A stretch of DNA of 24,000 nucleotides from Streptococcus phage phiARI0598b, in the sequence record KT337362.1, one strand, 5' to 3'. The stretch's first letter is position 1; each line of letters starts with the position of its first letter. Shown one piece after another: positions 8,796 through 16,758 of this stretch. The notes beneath the pieces are model-generated. The model was not told the DNA's origin and made no database searches. It was given only the letters and a program-made list of their open reading frames with translations. The position numbers and the translations under genes were made by a program.

Positions 8796-9641
8796 TCACC
8801 CCTCACCGAATTTTACAACTCGTGTAGGGTCGTAAAGGTAAACACCATAGTGTTCATCACCAGTGATAACCGTTGTCTTTTTAAGGATGTCACGGTCTGT
8901 TTCGATAGCCACATCACGTTTTAGCATGATAACAAACGCACCATATTTGTTGGCATCGTCTGTCTGAGTTTGGCTAGGAGAGACTTTGACGATAAATCCT
9001 TTACCTTCATCAACTTTTTTAGAACGGACGATTTGCACACCGGCAACTTCACCGAACGTTCCGGATACAACCATATCTGCACCAAGCTCTGAACCTTTAG
9101 TCCATTCTTTTGCTACGTCAGTTTTTAGCTTGATAGCATCTTTAGGGTTGATGATAGCAACATATTGCGCATCTTCTTCGTCCTCAAAAATCTCAAGAGC
9201 TTTATCAATTGCTGCAAGAGTTGTAGGAGTTTCTGTAATATGTTGTGTTGCAGTTTTAGCTACTGCGACCAAATCATCATCAATCTTGTTAGCAATAGCC
9301 AAACCAAGCTGATAAGTAGCTTGACCTAGTGGGTCGCCAAGACCTGACAAAAGAGCTTCATCGGTAATTTCATAACCTTTAGCAGCCTTTTTGATGGTCA
9401 TAGTGGTCTTTTTAGTAGTCAATTGGTCTGGAGAAATAGCTTGACCTTCTCCAACCTCTGTCGCATCTCCTGCGTACTCCCAAGCTGGAACTGTCAAAGC
9501 GTTCCCTGGTTGTCCTTGGAGCGCTGTTTCCACATAAGCAAGCGGAGTGAATTTAATCAATTTAGGTAGTTTAGCGGAAACCATGTCCGCCATCACTTCT
9601 GGGTTAACCATAGTGGCTAATTTAGTTTGTCCTGCTGTCAT
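8796..9641 (-). CDS. Major capsid protein (N4-gp56/HK97-fold type)
   Basis: 281 aa, '...VVSGTFGEVAGVQIVRSKKVDEGKGFIVKV...KYGAFVIMLKRDVAIETDRDILKKTTVITGDEHYGVYLYDPTRVV', immediately after the scaffold gene. Confidence 0.93.
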   Translation of the reverse strand: MTAGQTKLATMVNPEVMADMVSAKLPKLIKFTPLAYVETALQGQPGNALTVPAWEYAGDATEVGEGQAISPDQLTTKKTTMTIKKAAKGYEITDEALLSGLGDPLGQATYQLGLAIANKIDDDLVAVAKTATQHITETPTTLAAIDKALEIFEDEEDAQYVAIINPKDAIKLKTDVAKEWTKGSELGADMVVSGTFGEVAGVQIVRSKKVDEGKGFIVKVSPSQTQTDDANKYGAFVIMLKRDVAIETDRDILKKTTVITGDEHYGVYLYDPTRVVKFGEG

Positions 9642-9646
9642 TTATT

Positions 9647-10231
9647 TTAACCTTTCAATTTCTTATAGAGTTCTGGGTTCTTTTGATAGAGTTCATTTCG
9701 ACTCTGATACCCCATACGAGCAAATTCTTCTTTTGTGATACCGTCACTATCGACTGGCGCTTGCTTCATTGGAGCTCCGCCTTTTAGCTTTTCTTGTACG
9801 CCTTTTTGCACGGCTTGCTCCCATGATTTCTGCAATACAGCGACAGACTGTGATACCGTCTCTGCGCTTGTCAAATCGACTACATTTACTAACTCAACAG
9901 GTAAGTCACGTTCACTTAGCATTGCTTTAGCTTCTGCGGTCAATTCCTTACGAGCAATAGCCTTTTCACGGTCAGCTAGTTCTTGCTCACGCTGATCCAA
10001 CTGATATTTCTGTTTTTCATCAGCGTTCATCTTAGCAAGCTTCTTAGCTTCGTTTTCCTTGGCTTCTTGCTCAGCTTCCCATTTAGAGCGCTCGGCAGAT
10101 AGCATCTTACCGATTTCAGCACGAGTGAAAGTTCGTTCGTGCTTTTCTTCCTGCACTGTATCAACATTTTCTTGAGTGTCGACAGTCTCAGTTGATTCAG
10201 TAGATACAGTTGCATTGATTTCTTCTGACAT
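9647..10231 (-). CDS. Capsid scaffolding protein (DUF4355-like)
   Basis: 194 aa; acidic, Glu/Lys-rich coiled coil 'RTFTRAEIGKMLSAERSKWEAEQEAKENEAKKLAKMNADEKQKYQLDQREQELADREKAIARKELTAEAKAMLSERDLP'. Confidence 0.92.
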   Translation of the reverse strand: MSEEINATVSTESTETVDTQENVDTVQEEKHERTFTRAEIGKMLSAERSKWEAEQEAKENEAKKLAKMNADEKQKYQLDQREQELADREKAIARKELTAEAKAMLSERDLPVELVNVVDLTSAETVSQSVAVLQKSWEQAVQKGVQEKLKGGAPMKQAPVDSDGITKEEFARMGYQSRNELYQKNPELYKKLKG

Positions 10232-10250
10232 AATTGTCCTCCAGCGATTA

Positions 10251-10288
10251 CGTCGCCACTCGATAGTCTCGCTTTACGTCCGGCGACG
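10251..10288 (-). promoter_or_regulatory. Leader hairpin upstream of the scaffold/capsid genes
   Basis: Minus strand CGTCGCC-24 nt-GGCGACG, perfect 7-bp GC-rich stem ending ~20 nt before the scaffold ATG. Confidence 0.45.
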
Positions 10289-10330
10289 GAACAGCACAGC
10301 TTTTATTGTCATCGGTACAGTTTGGACAAT

Positions 10331-10360
10331 ATAAAAACCGTACGGGATTCCATACGGTTA
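10331..10360 (-). terminator. Rho-independent terminator
   Basis: Minus strand AACCGTATGG-AATC-CCGTACGGTT followed by TTTAT (with the last stem T's, TTTTTAT). The 10-bp stem has one G-U pair that would be an A-C mismatch on the plus strand, so polarity is minus. Confidence 0.75.
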
Positions 10361-10457
10361 GGGCATAGGAAAACCGCATCAAATATGACACGGTTTATAG
10401 CAATTTACAGTAATTTATAGCAGTCTATTCCTGCAAGTCAAGATGTTGGATCACCTC

Positions 10458-10709
10458 CTAATCTTTAATGGCACGATTTGAAACTTTGGCGTAAACATCC
10501 ACATAAGTCTCATTCTTATCTCCGTTATGCGTAATTTCTGCATAATCTCCACAAGGTTCGCTTGATGTAATTGCGTTCGTACTAACAAGAGCTTTCCAGT
10601 TTTGCAGGGTCTTGCTAAACCAAACTACAAAGCAGTCTTCTTCTTTGATTTCACGACCTGCCAAGCGTGAAAATTCTTGCGATGCCAATTGTTTTGCTTT
10701 TTTTAACAT
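10458..10709 (-). CDS. DUF6275-like small phage protein
   Basis: 'MLKKAKQLASQEFSRLAGREIKEEDCFVVWFSKTLQNWKALVSTNAITSSEPCGDYAEITHNGDKNETYVDVYAKVSNRAIKD'. Start at 10709 follows GGAGGAGTAAA, so the track start (10811) looks over-extended. Confidence 0.7.
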   Translation of the reverse strand: MLKKAKQLASQEFSRLAGREIKEEDCFVVWFSKTLQNWKALVSTNAITSSEPCGDYAEITHNGDKNETYVDVYAKVSNRAIKD

Positions 10710-10710
10710 T

Positions 10711-10974
10711 TTACTCCTCCGTTTTTTCGTATGTTTCTGCAAAAATATCCAGCTTGCATGGATAATATTCTCCTTGCACGCCTTTGATAATGTAGTCACC
10801 TTCTGTTGCAATCATCGTTCCTTCAAGTGTTTCTATTTTTAAAATTGGATTATCTAGGTCAGCATAATCAACACGAACTGGATATAATCCTAATTCTGAT
10901 AATTTTAAAATTGATTCTTCAGTATCTACGAACTGAACTGCATCAACCACAACAGGCCTCTTTCTGTATTTCAT
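10711..10974 (-). CDS. Small conserved phage protein
   Basis: 87 aa, 'MKYRKRPVVVDAVQFVDTEESIL...IETLEGTMIATEGDYIIKGVQGEYYPCKLDIFAETYEKTEE'. Confidence 0.75.
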   Translation of the reverse strand: MKYRKRPVVVDAVQFVDTEESILKLSELGLYPVRVDYADLDNPILKIETLEGTMIATEGDYIIKGVQGEYYPCKLDIFAETYEKTEE

Positions 10975-11093
10975 TTCTTCAGTCCTTTCTTTATGCCATC
11001 AATTATCTCGCTAACTAACGCTAAAATAATAAAGGTTAAAAACAAAAATACCAACCACCCAAAAGTGATTGATACCAAATCCCAAATAAACAT
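10971..11093 (-). CDS. Small single-pass membrane protein (40 aa), absent from the ORF track
   Basis: MFIWDLVSITFGWLVFLFLTFIILALVSEIIDGIKKGLKK*; AAAAGGAGTG upstream, ATGA overlap with the 10974 start. Confidence 0.65.
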   Translation of the reverse strand: MFIWDLVSITFGWLVFLFLTFIILALVSEIIDGIKKGLKK

Positions 11094-11118
11094 GTTTTCA
11101 CTCCTTTTAATGTCACAA

Positions 11119-11292
11119 TCAATCAACTTCATACGATAATGAATGAATGTCGGTTAATATTTTAGGTAGTAACTCAATCGCGCTGAACGTATCCGCCCCA
11201 TAAATATTTAACTCTAATTTCACTGTCGCTGAGTCATTTTCGCCTGTTCCTGAAAATTCTACGTTAGTTATCCCAATTCTTGCTGTGTCCAT
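11119..11292 (-). CDS. Small hypothetical protein (57 aa), absent from the ORF track
   Basis: MDTARIGITNVEFSGTGENDSATVKLELNIYGADTFSAIELLPKILTDIHSLSYEVD*; AGAAAGGATTGAAA upstream. Confidence 0.6.
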   Translation of the reverse strand: MDTARIGITNVEFSGTGENDSATVKLELNIYGADTFSAIELLPKILTDIHSLSYEVD

Positions 11293-11333
11293 TTTCAATC
11301 CTTTCTGAGTACAAAAAAAGCACTTAGATTTCT

Positions 11334-11747
11334 CTAGGTGCTTAAGTAATGAATTGCATTTTTATATTTTTTAACACGCTCGTAGTCTGTATTGGTAACA
11401 GATTTCAAACGTGATAAATCTGAGTTGTGTTTCAAATCTGCAAGTTTTACAACTCTTGCTAAATTATTTGATTTTACTTTCCCAAGATATTCTTGATAAC
11501 TTTGACCTTTTTTCTTTGTCAAAATTTGTACCGCTGTAACAACTTCATTTGACAAACCAGACGCCAATAAATCGGCAGCAGTTATATCGCTATCCTCAAT
11601 CACATCATGTAAAAGAGCGACAGCTTTTTCTTGTTCAGTTTTGACTTGACTGGCCACATAGAGAGGATGCTGTATGTAATCAACATCCGCTTTATCTACC
11701 TGCCCTGCATGTGCTTTTTTAGCGATAGCCAAGGCAATATCAATCAT
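11334..11747 (-). CDS. HD-domain small alarmone hydrolase-like protein (Mesh1/RelA-SpoT hydrolase type)
   Basis: 137 aa with the ordered motifs KKAHAGQ...YIQHPLYVA...ALLHDVIED...VKLADLKHN that characterise (p)ppGpp hydrolase HD domains. Confidence 0.85.
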   Translation of the reverse strand: MIDIALAIAKKAHAGQVDKADVDYIQHPLYVASQVKTEQEKAVALLHDVIEDSDITAADLLASGLSNEVVTAVQILTKKKGQSYQEYLGKVKSNNLARVVKLADLKHNSDLSRLKSVTNTDYERVKKYKNAIHYLST

Positions 11748-11953
11748 GCCGCTACCATCCTGTCAATATAAGTAAATGCATCATTTTCTGAAATTTCTTC
11801 AAAATCCGTAAAGTCATTAAAAAAGATTTTATTAAACCAATCCATGCTATTAACCCACTTTTTTTCAATGTCAAAAACTTGCATGACACCATCAATCAAA
11901 CGAAGTACTTGAGCATTGTTCGTCGTTGTGCGGTAGTATTTAATATCTTTCAT
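11744..11953 (-). CDS. Hypothetical 69-aa protein between MuF and the HD hydrolase
   Basis: MKDIKYYRTTTNNAQVLRLIDGVMQVFDIEKKWVNSMDWFNKIFFNDFTDFEEISENDAFTYIDRMVAA; 4-bp overlap with the hydrolase start. Confidence 0.65.
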   Translation of the reverse strand: MKDIKYYRTTTNNAQVLRLIDGVMQVFDIEKKWVNSMDWFNKIFFNDFTDFEEISENDAFTYIDRMVAA

Positions 11954-11954
11954 A

Positions 11955-13592
11955 TCACTTCACCCTCTCTATATTTTTAGGAATCTCAAGCCCATTGCTT
12001 AAATCAAGCATTTCCTTAAATAATTTCATGCGTTCTAGATCAGATGTATTCGTATCACGATACTTCTCATAGAGTTCATGTAATGAACCATTTTTTAAGT
12101 CGAAACTTTCCTGAGTATGATACTGCATTTCAAAGTTGATACCATCTTTTTCAACGACTGTATTCACACCTTTGTATGGTCCATCTACTAGCCAAGTGTT
12201 TTTTACTTTTACAATTTTATAACCTTCTGCGATAAGCTTCTGTTTCATCTTCAAATACTCTTCTGTAAAAGTATCGGAATCGAAAATAGTTGTGTACCTT
12301 AAGGCGTCATTAATCTTACTCACGGCTTTTGACAAACTTATATTTTCAACTAGGCTATCTGCAATAATTTTACGTGATAATGACTCAACTGTTTTCTTCC
12401 TAAATTCAAGACCTGCCAATTTGTTTTCTCCTGCGATACGTTGCATATCACTTGTAATTTTTGGCTCAACTCCTGAAATTTTGGACAATAGTTGTTCGCT
12501 ATAAAATTTCGCCTTGGCTTCTCTTGTATCTTGATTATACACCTTTTCCCCGTCTTTCGCAACATACTTGCTATACCACTCTTTATAAGTCATATCGGCA
12601 GGCACGTACTCAACTTTACCTGTCTCTGGATTCCTTGCTCTGCGCTTCAACTTGCTGTAGTCTGCGTCCTCATCGTATCCGACAGTAGTAGACCTACACC
12701 AAGGGTGCATAGGCGGACAATTGACACCAGGGACAGCCTTATCCCTATCATAGACCTGATTGTCATGCTCCTGACAAATGCGTGATGTACGCTTGTCTAA
12801 GACGGCCACAAAGATATACTTCTCTATATCCGCTTCCTCATAGTTGAGTAGCTCCATTTGGTTATGAAAAAAGGCTGATTCTGTCCGAACCAAACGCCTT
12901 GCATCGTTCTGCCCCACATTGAACCGCTCAGCAATTGCTTGTGCAGTTTCTCGTGTATCTCGGCCTGTCATAAGGCTTATGAGTAATTCATCTTTTATGC
13001 TTGATGTAAGCTTCCCTGTATTCTTCCAGATGTTTGTTGAGTACGTACTTCCATCTCCTACCCAACTGAAAGACTGTAGATGTTTAATCTCGCTCTCAGG
13101 AAGCCCAGAAAAGCCGTATGCTAGTCCTGTCTGCTGCTGCAGGTCAAAGGTAGCCTTGTAGTAACTATCCTTCATCAGGTCGCTATAAAAGGCGTCTGAG
13201 CCTGTCTTTTCTGAATGATAGATAGATTCACGCATACGGTCTAAATCATCACTCAAACGTTCTAGACGCTTCATACGGAAAGAATAAGCCGGACTATCTA
13301 AGTCAGCCAGTAGTCTTTGAATATTTGGATCATTCGGTCTTGCTTCAAGCACCTTACGAAGTTCATTCAAGTCTTTCTTGTCTTTCATGTTCTTCAAGAC
13401 TTGTCTAGCATCTACCTGACTTAAACCATAATCACGTTGGAACTTATCAAAAATCTTATTGATTTCCTTATCCAAGTAAGTCTTGGCTTCCTGATAGACC
13501 TTATCGAACTGGTCTGCCTGCTTTTCGGCCTTGTCCATCTGCTGGTAAATCAGATTGGCTTTCCTCTTCGCCCAATACTCCTGATTCTTCAT
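11955..13592 (-). CDS. Phage minor head protein (MuF / SPP1 gp7-like) with C-terminal RelA/SpoT-like candidate toxin domain
   Basis: 545 aa. The MuF-type part includes 'NDARRLVRTESAFFHNQ...KYIFVAVLDKRTSRICQEHDNQVY...NCPPMHPWCRSTTV'. The C-terminal ~167 aa (DNA 11955..12458) is a distinct domain. Confidence 0.9.
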   Translation of the reverse strand: MKNQEYWAKRKANLIYQQMDKAEKQADQFDKVYQEAKTYLDKEINKIFDKFQRDYGLSQVDARQVLKNMKDKKDLNELRKVLEARPNDPNIQRLLADLDSPAYSFRMKRLERLSDDLDRMRESIYHSEKTGSDAFYSDLMKDSYYKATFDLQQQTGLAYGFSGLPESEIKHLQSFSWVGDGSTYSTNIWKNTGKLTSSIKDELLISLMTGRDTRETAQAIAERFNVGQNDARRLVRTESAFFHNQMELLNYEEADIEKYIFVAVLDKRTSRICQEHDNQVYDRDKAVPGVNCPPMHPWCRSTTVGYDEDADYSKLKRRARNPETGKVEYVPADMTYKEWYSKYVAKDGEKVYNQDTREAKAKFYSEQLLSKISGVEPKITSDMQRIAGENKLAGLEFRKKTVESLSRKIIADSLVENISLSKAVSKINDALRYTTIFDSDTFTEEYLKMKQKLIAEGYKIVKVKNTWLVDGPYKGVNTVVEKDGINFEMQYHTQESFDLKNGSLHELYEKYRDTNTSDLERMKLFKEMLDLSNGLEIPKNIERVK

Positions 13593-14970
13593 CCTCTACC
13601 TCGTCTTCGGGTTTCGTGTTGTCTTTGTTGAACATCGGCATGTCTTCCATGTTCTTCTTTTTCTCTTCTTCCAAGGCTTCCAGCTCAGCGTCAGGGTCTT
13701 CCACAAACGGCAAGAGAGAAATAAGCTGTCTATTGGTCACTTTGCCTTCCAAATTGTTCACAATCTGAGAGATTTCTAACAAGTTCTTAGGCAAACCACG
13801 ACTGAATTGTGGAACGATTGAATGAGACTCTAAAGCAATCTGCTTCATGCCTAAGTAATGAGCAAAAATCGCAATACGCTGACGCAATCCTCGCTTATAG
13901 TTCGCTTCCTTGGTCTTAGTAATCATCTCAAGGCCCATCAGCTTAAATTCCATGGCTACGCCTGATGTATTCCCTGCGAAATTCTCATCAGTCAAATTAG
14001 GCACATGGCTAAATGTGTAGATGTCCTCTTTAAGAGCTGTACGCAAGATTTCAGTAGCACTTTCGTCCAGCGTATTCTTCAAGAACTCAGCCCTTGCACT
14101 ATCGCCCGGCAATTCCAAAAGACCTTCTTCAGAAAGAATCTTCATTGCTACCTTAGCGTCTTCTGGAGTGTCTGCTAACTGCGTGCCATACAAGACAAGG
14201 ATAGACTCTACAGCCTGTTCCTTATCATTGACACGATTCCCCATCAAGGAATTATAAGCGTCTATCAAGCTAATTTGTTGCTCATAGTCACCAATTGCAA
14301 AGTGATTGTTGCGATATTCGATAATTGGGATTTGACCAAGGTTGTGAGGTGTTGCCTCCTCGCTCTGAGTTGTTCCTGAATCTGTACTTCTCAGCACCAT
14401 GTGATAGTGCAGATTTTCGGTAAAGACCTCAGCCTGGTACTTGGTAGTGTCTTTCGTATCGTCTTTTACTTCATAGTAATAGACCGCAAACAAAGGCTTC
14501 CGCTCAATACTATCATCGTAGACCATGAAAGTATTCTCCGGATCAATACTAGTTGAATCCAACTCAGTCATACCCTCTTTAGCATAGATGTACTCGTAAG
14601 CACGACCATAGATAGCCATGTTCAAAGCATTCTGAGCATCTACTTGGTCAATCTCAGCACCATCAAAGGCTGTAAGTAGTTCATCGATATCACCGTCAGC
14701 AGTATTGTTATACTTGATAGGATTGCCCATAAAATAGCCCGTAGCCGTGTCTGCGATATCCTTGGCATGATTGGCTACCGTCTTGTAATTAGGTGCGTTC
14801 ACGTTGCGTCTCGTGTGTTCTAAGATAGCATGCTCACCCAAATAGTAGCTTTTAAGCTTCTTCAAATGCGAGCCTTCAGTGCTATGCATCGTTATCAATT
14901 TGTAAATCAGGTCTTTCTTCAAAGAACCCTCATCATATCCATCCCGTGGATAGGTTAAATATTGGTACAT
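13501..14970 (-). CDS. Portal protein (SPP1 gp6-like)
   Basis: 489 aa; '...YYLGEHAILEHTRRNVNAPNYKTVANHAKDIADTATGYFMGNPIKY...FSHVPNLTDENFAGNTSGVAMEFKLMGLE...' typical portal sequence. Confidence 0.95.
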   Translation of the reverse strand: MYQYLTYPRDGYDEGSLKKDLIYKLITMHSTEGSHLKKLKSYYLGEHAILEHTRRNVNAPNYKTVANHAKDIADTATGYFMGNPIKYNNTADGDIDELLTAFDGAEIDQVDAQNALNMAIYGRAYEYIYAKEGMTELDSTSIDPENTFMVYDDSIERKPLFAVYYYEVKDDTKDTTKYQAEVFTENLHYHMVLRSTDSGTTQSEEATPHNLGQIPIIEYRNNHFAIGDYEQQISLIDAYNSLMGNRVNDKEQAVESILVLYGTQLADTPEDAKVAMKILSEEGLLELPGDSARAEFLKNTLDESATEILRTALKEDIYTFSHVPNLTDENFAGNTSGVAMEFKLMGLEMITKTKEANYKRGLRQRIAIFAHYLGMKQIALESHSIVPQFSRGLPKNLLEISQIVNNLEGKVTNRQLISLLPFVEDPDAELEALEEEKKKNMEDMPMFNKDNTKPEDEVEDEESGVLGEEESQSDLPADGQGRKAGRPVR

Positions 14971-14981
14971 GTCTTTCCTCT

Positions 14982-16286
14982 CTATAGACCATAATCAGAA
15001 CGTCTGCGGACGGTTGCTTTTCCACCTTCGATACATTGAAGGCTGTAACGCAAAGCGTCCATCAAGTGGTTGTTTTTATCCTCTGGTTTATTCAACCAGT
15101 TGCCTTCTTTATCTCGCTGGTAGCAGTAACTATAAAATTCATCCATGATGTTTTTACAATCTGGATGCACATAAATAGTGTATCCTTGCAATTTAGATAC
15201 GCCTGCCATAATACTATCCTTACCTTTCCGACTCTCTTTTATTCTAGATATGCCATGTTCTGACCTGAGCTCTTCAATCAGCCGTGACTCTGCGCTATCA
15301 GCAATGATTTGTGAGCGATGATAACCTTTGTCCTTTATCATCTTCGCAACTTCTTTGGTTATCAATCCGACTTTATACGCCTCATCAAAGACATAAATCT
15401 CTTTCGTCGTGTCATTTATCAACGAACAACACAAAGCGGTTGGATCGTGAGTAAAACCAAAGTCAAGACCGATACATAACTTATTAGCTGAATCTCGTAG
15501 CAATTCATCCTTATCGAAATCCTTGACGGTCACGTTCTCATAGATTAAACCTTCAGCAACTCCCCATTCACCATCACAAACGATTCTCGCACGCCTTGGA
15601 TTTGTGTGATACAAGTCCTCATAGCGCTTAATATCGACTTCATCAAGCCACTCATTGCATTTGTAAGTGGTTGTAGTAGCGAATGTATCAGCTCGGCTAG
15701 TCTCTTCATCAAAGAACACACGTTTGAGCCAGTGCCTCTCATTCCACGGGTTAAATGTGACTGTGATTTGTTTAAAGAAATCAGGTACATCTAAGCTACC
15801 ACGGATTGACTCAACTACTGTACTGAACTTGTCTTCAGTCTCAATTTGATATGCTTCCTCAAACCATGCCCAACAAAGACTGCCGACATCGACCGTGATA
15901 GATGTGATTTTGAGTTCATCATCCAAACCACGGAATAGGATTTTTTGACCAGTCGCTTTTATGGTTATTTCAGGCAAAGATTCATTGAATTTAAACAAAT
16001 GAGTCACACCCAACACATTACACGCCCATTTAAAATCCGTATAAGTTGATTGCTTGTTGGTATTCGAGTATCTACGAATAACAAGCAAGTTGGCCCAGGG
16101 ATACTTCAAAAGACGGATAACATAATTCAAAGCGGTTGTCTTGGACTTCTTCGAACCACGGGAACCTTTTACAACACGATAAAGATTTCTTGAGCGCCAG
16201 AACTGTCCGTACCCAGCTCCTACTGTCTTAGGTAGGTCAACAACAATATCGTTCTGTTTAATCTGGTATGTCTGACTCATTTGCAA
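14982..16286 (-). CDS. terL: Terminase large subunit (PBSX type)
   Basis: 434 aa; ATPase region 'VVKGSRGSKKSKTTAL', 'SLCWAWFEEA', nuclease-type 'CIGLDFGFTHDPTAL', 'NNHLMDALRYS'. Confidence 0.97.
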   Translation of the reverse strand: MQMSQTYQIKQNDIVVDLPKTVGAGYGQFWRSRNLYRVVKGSRGSKKSKTTALNYVIRLLKYPWANLLVIRRYSNTNKQSTYTDFKWACNVLGVTHLFKFNESLPEITIKATGQKILFRGLDDELKITSITVDVGSLCWAWFEEAYQIETEDKFSTVVESIRGSLDVPDFFKQITVTFNPWNERHWLKRVFFDEETSRADTFATTTTYKCNEWLDEVDIKRYEDLYHTNPRRARIVCDGEWGVAEGLIYENVTVKDFDKDELLRDSANKLCIGLDFGFTHDPTALCCSLINDTTKEIYVFDEAYKVGLITKEVAKMIKDKGYHRSQIIADSAESRLIEELRSEHGISRIKESRKGKDSIMAGVSKLQGYTIYVHPDCKNIMDEFYSYCYQRDKEGNWLNKPEDKNNHLMDALRYSLQCIEGGKATVRRRSDYGL

Positions 16287-16758
16287 ACACCACCGTTCCA
16301 GAAACGTCAGCTTCTACTTTGTCGGTGAATAACTTGAGATACTTACCTAACAATTCAAGAGCCTTTATCTGCTCGTCAATAGGCGCCGTACCTTCGTATT
16401 CAATGTACTTTATAACTTCTCCCGTGATTTTATCTGTCTGTTTACTATATCCAACAATTGGACGACCAAAGGCAATATCGATAAGACGATCTATAATGTC
16501 ATTAGCTTTCAACCCCGATGCATCTAGTCGTTCTTTAGTTTTGATTTTGATGTAGTTTAAAATCTCACCTTTTCTAACCCATGCACTACCTTTGTTAGCG
16601 GCATTAGCTTCGCCAGATGTTGGATATATTTTCAAATAAGCCTGTGTTGCATTATTGCCATTAGCGATGTACTCATCTGCAAAATTGCGTTCACGGCTAT
16701 TTAAACCAAACTCATCAACTTGTTCTCTGCTTCTTTTATTCCTGTTCTTCTTTACAAT
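16258..16758 (-). CDS. terS: Terminase small subunit, start uncertain
   Basis: The track starts at a TTG (16635), but the same frame is open upstream and encodes '(I)VKKNRNKRSREQVDEFGLNSRERNFADEYIANGNNATQAYLKIYPTSGEANAAN...', a typical small-terminase N-terminus. 16758 marks the most upstream plausible (non-ATG) start. Confidence 0.85.
   Translation of the reverse strand: MVKKNRNKRSREQVDEFGLNSRERNFADEYIANGNNATQAYLKIYPTSGEANAANKGSAWVRKGEILNYIKIKTKERLDASGLKANDIIDRLIDIAFGRPIVGYSKQTDKITGEVIKYIEYEGTAPIDEQIKALELLGKYLKLFTDKVEADVSGTVVFANESDIPD

Noticed and set aside
10027-10215. Minus ORF of 62 aa
   Set aside because: Alternative frame within the scaffold gene.
12350-12565. Minus ORF of 71 aa overlapping the MuF C-terminal domain
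   Set aside because: Basic shadow ORF in an alternative frame; the MuF frame runs continuously through it.
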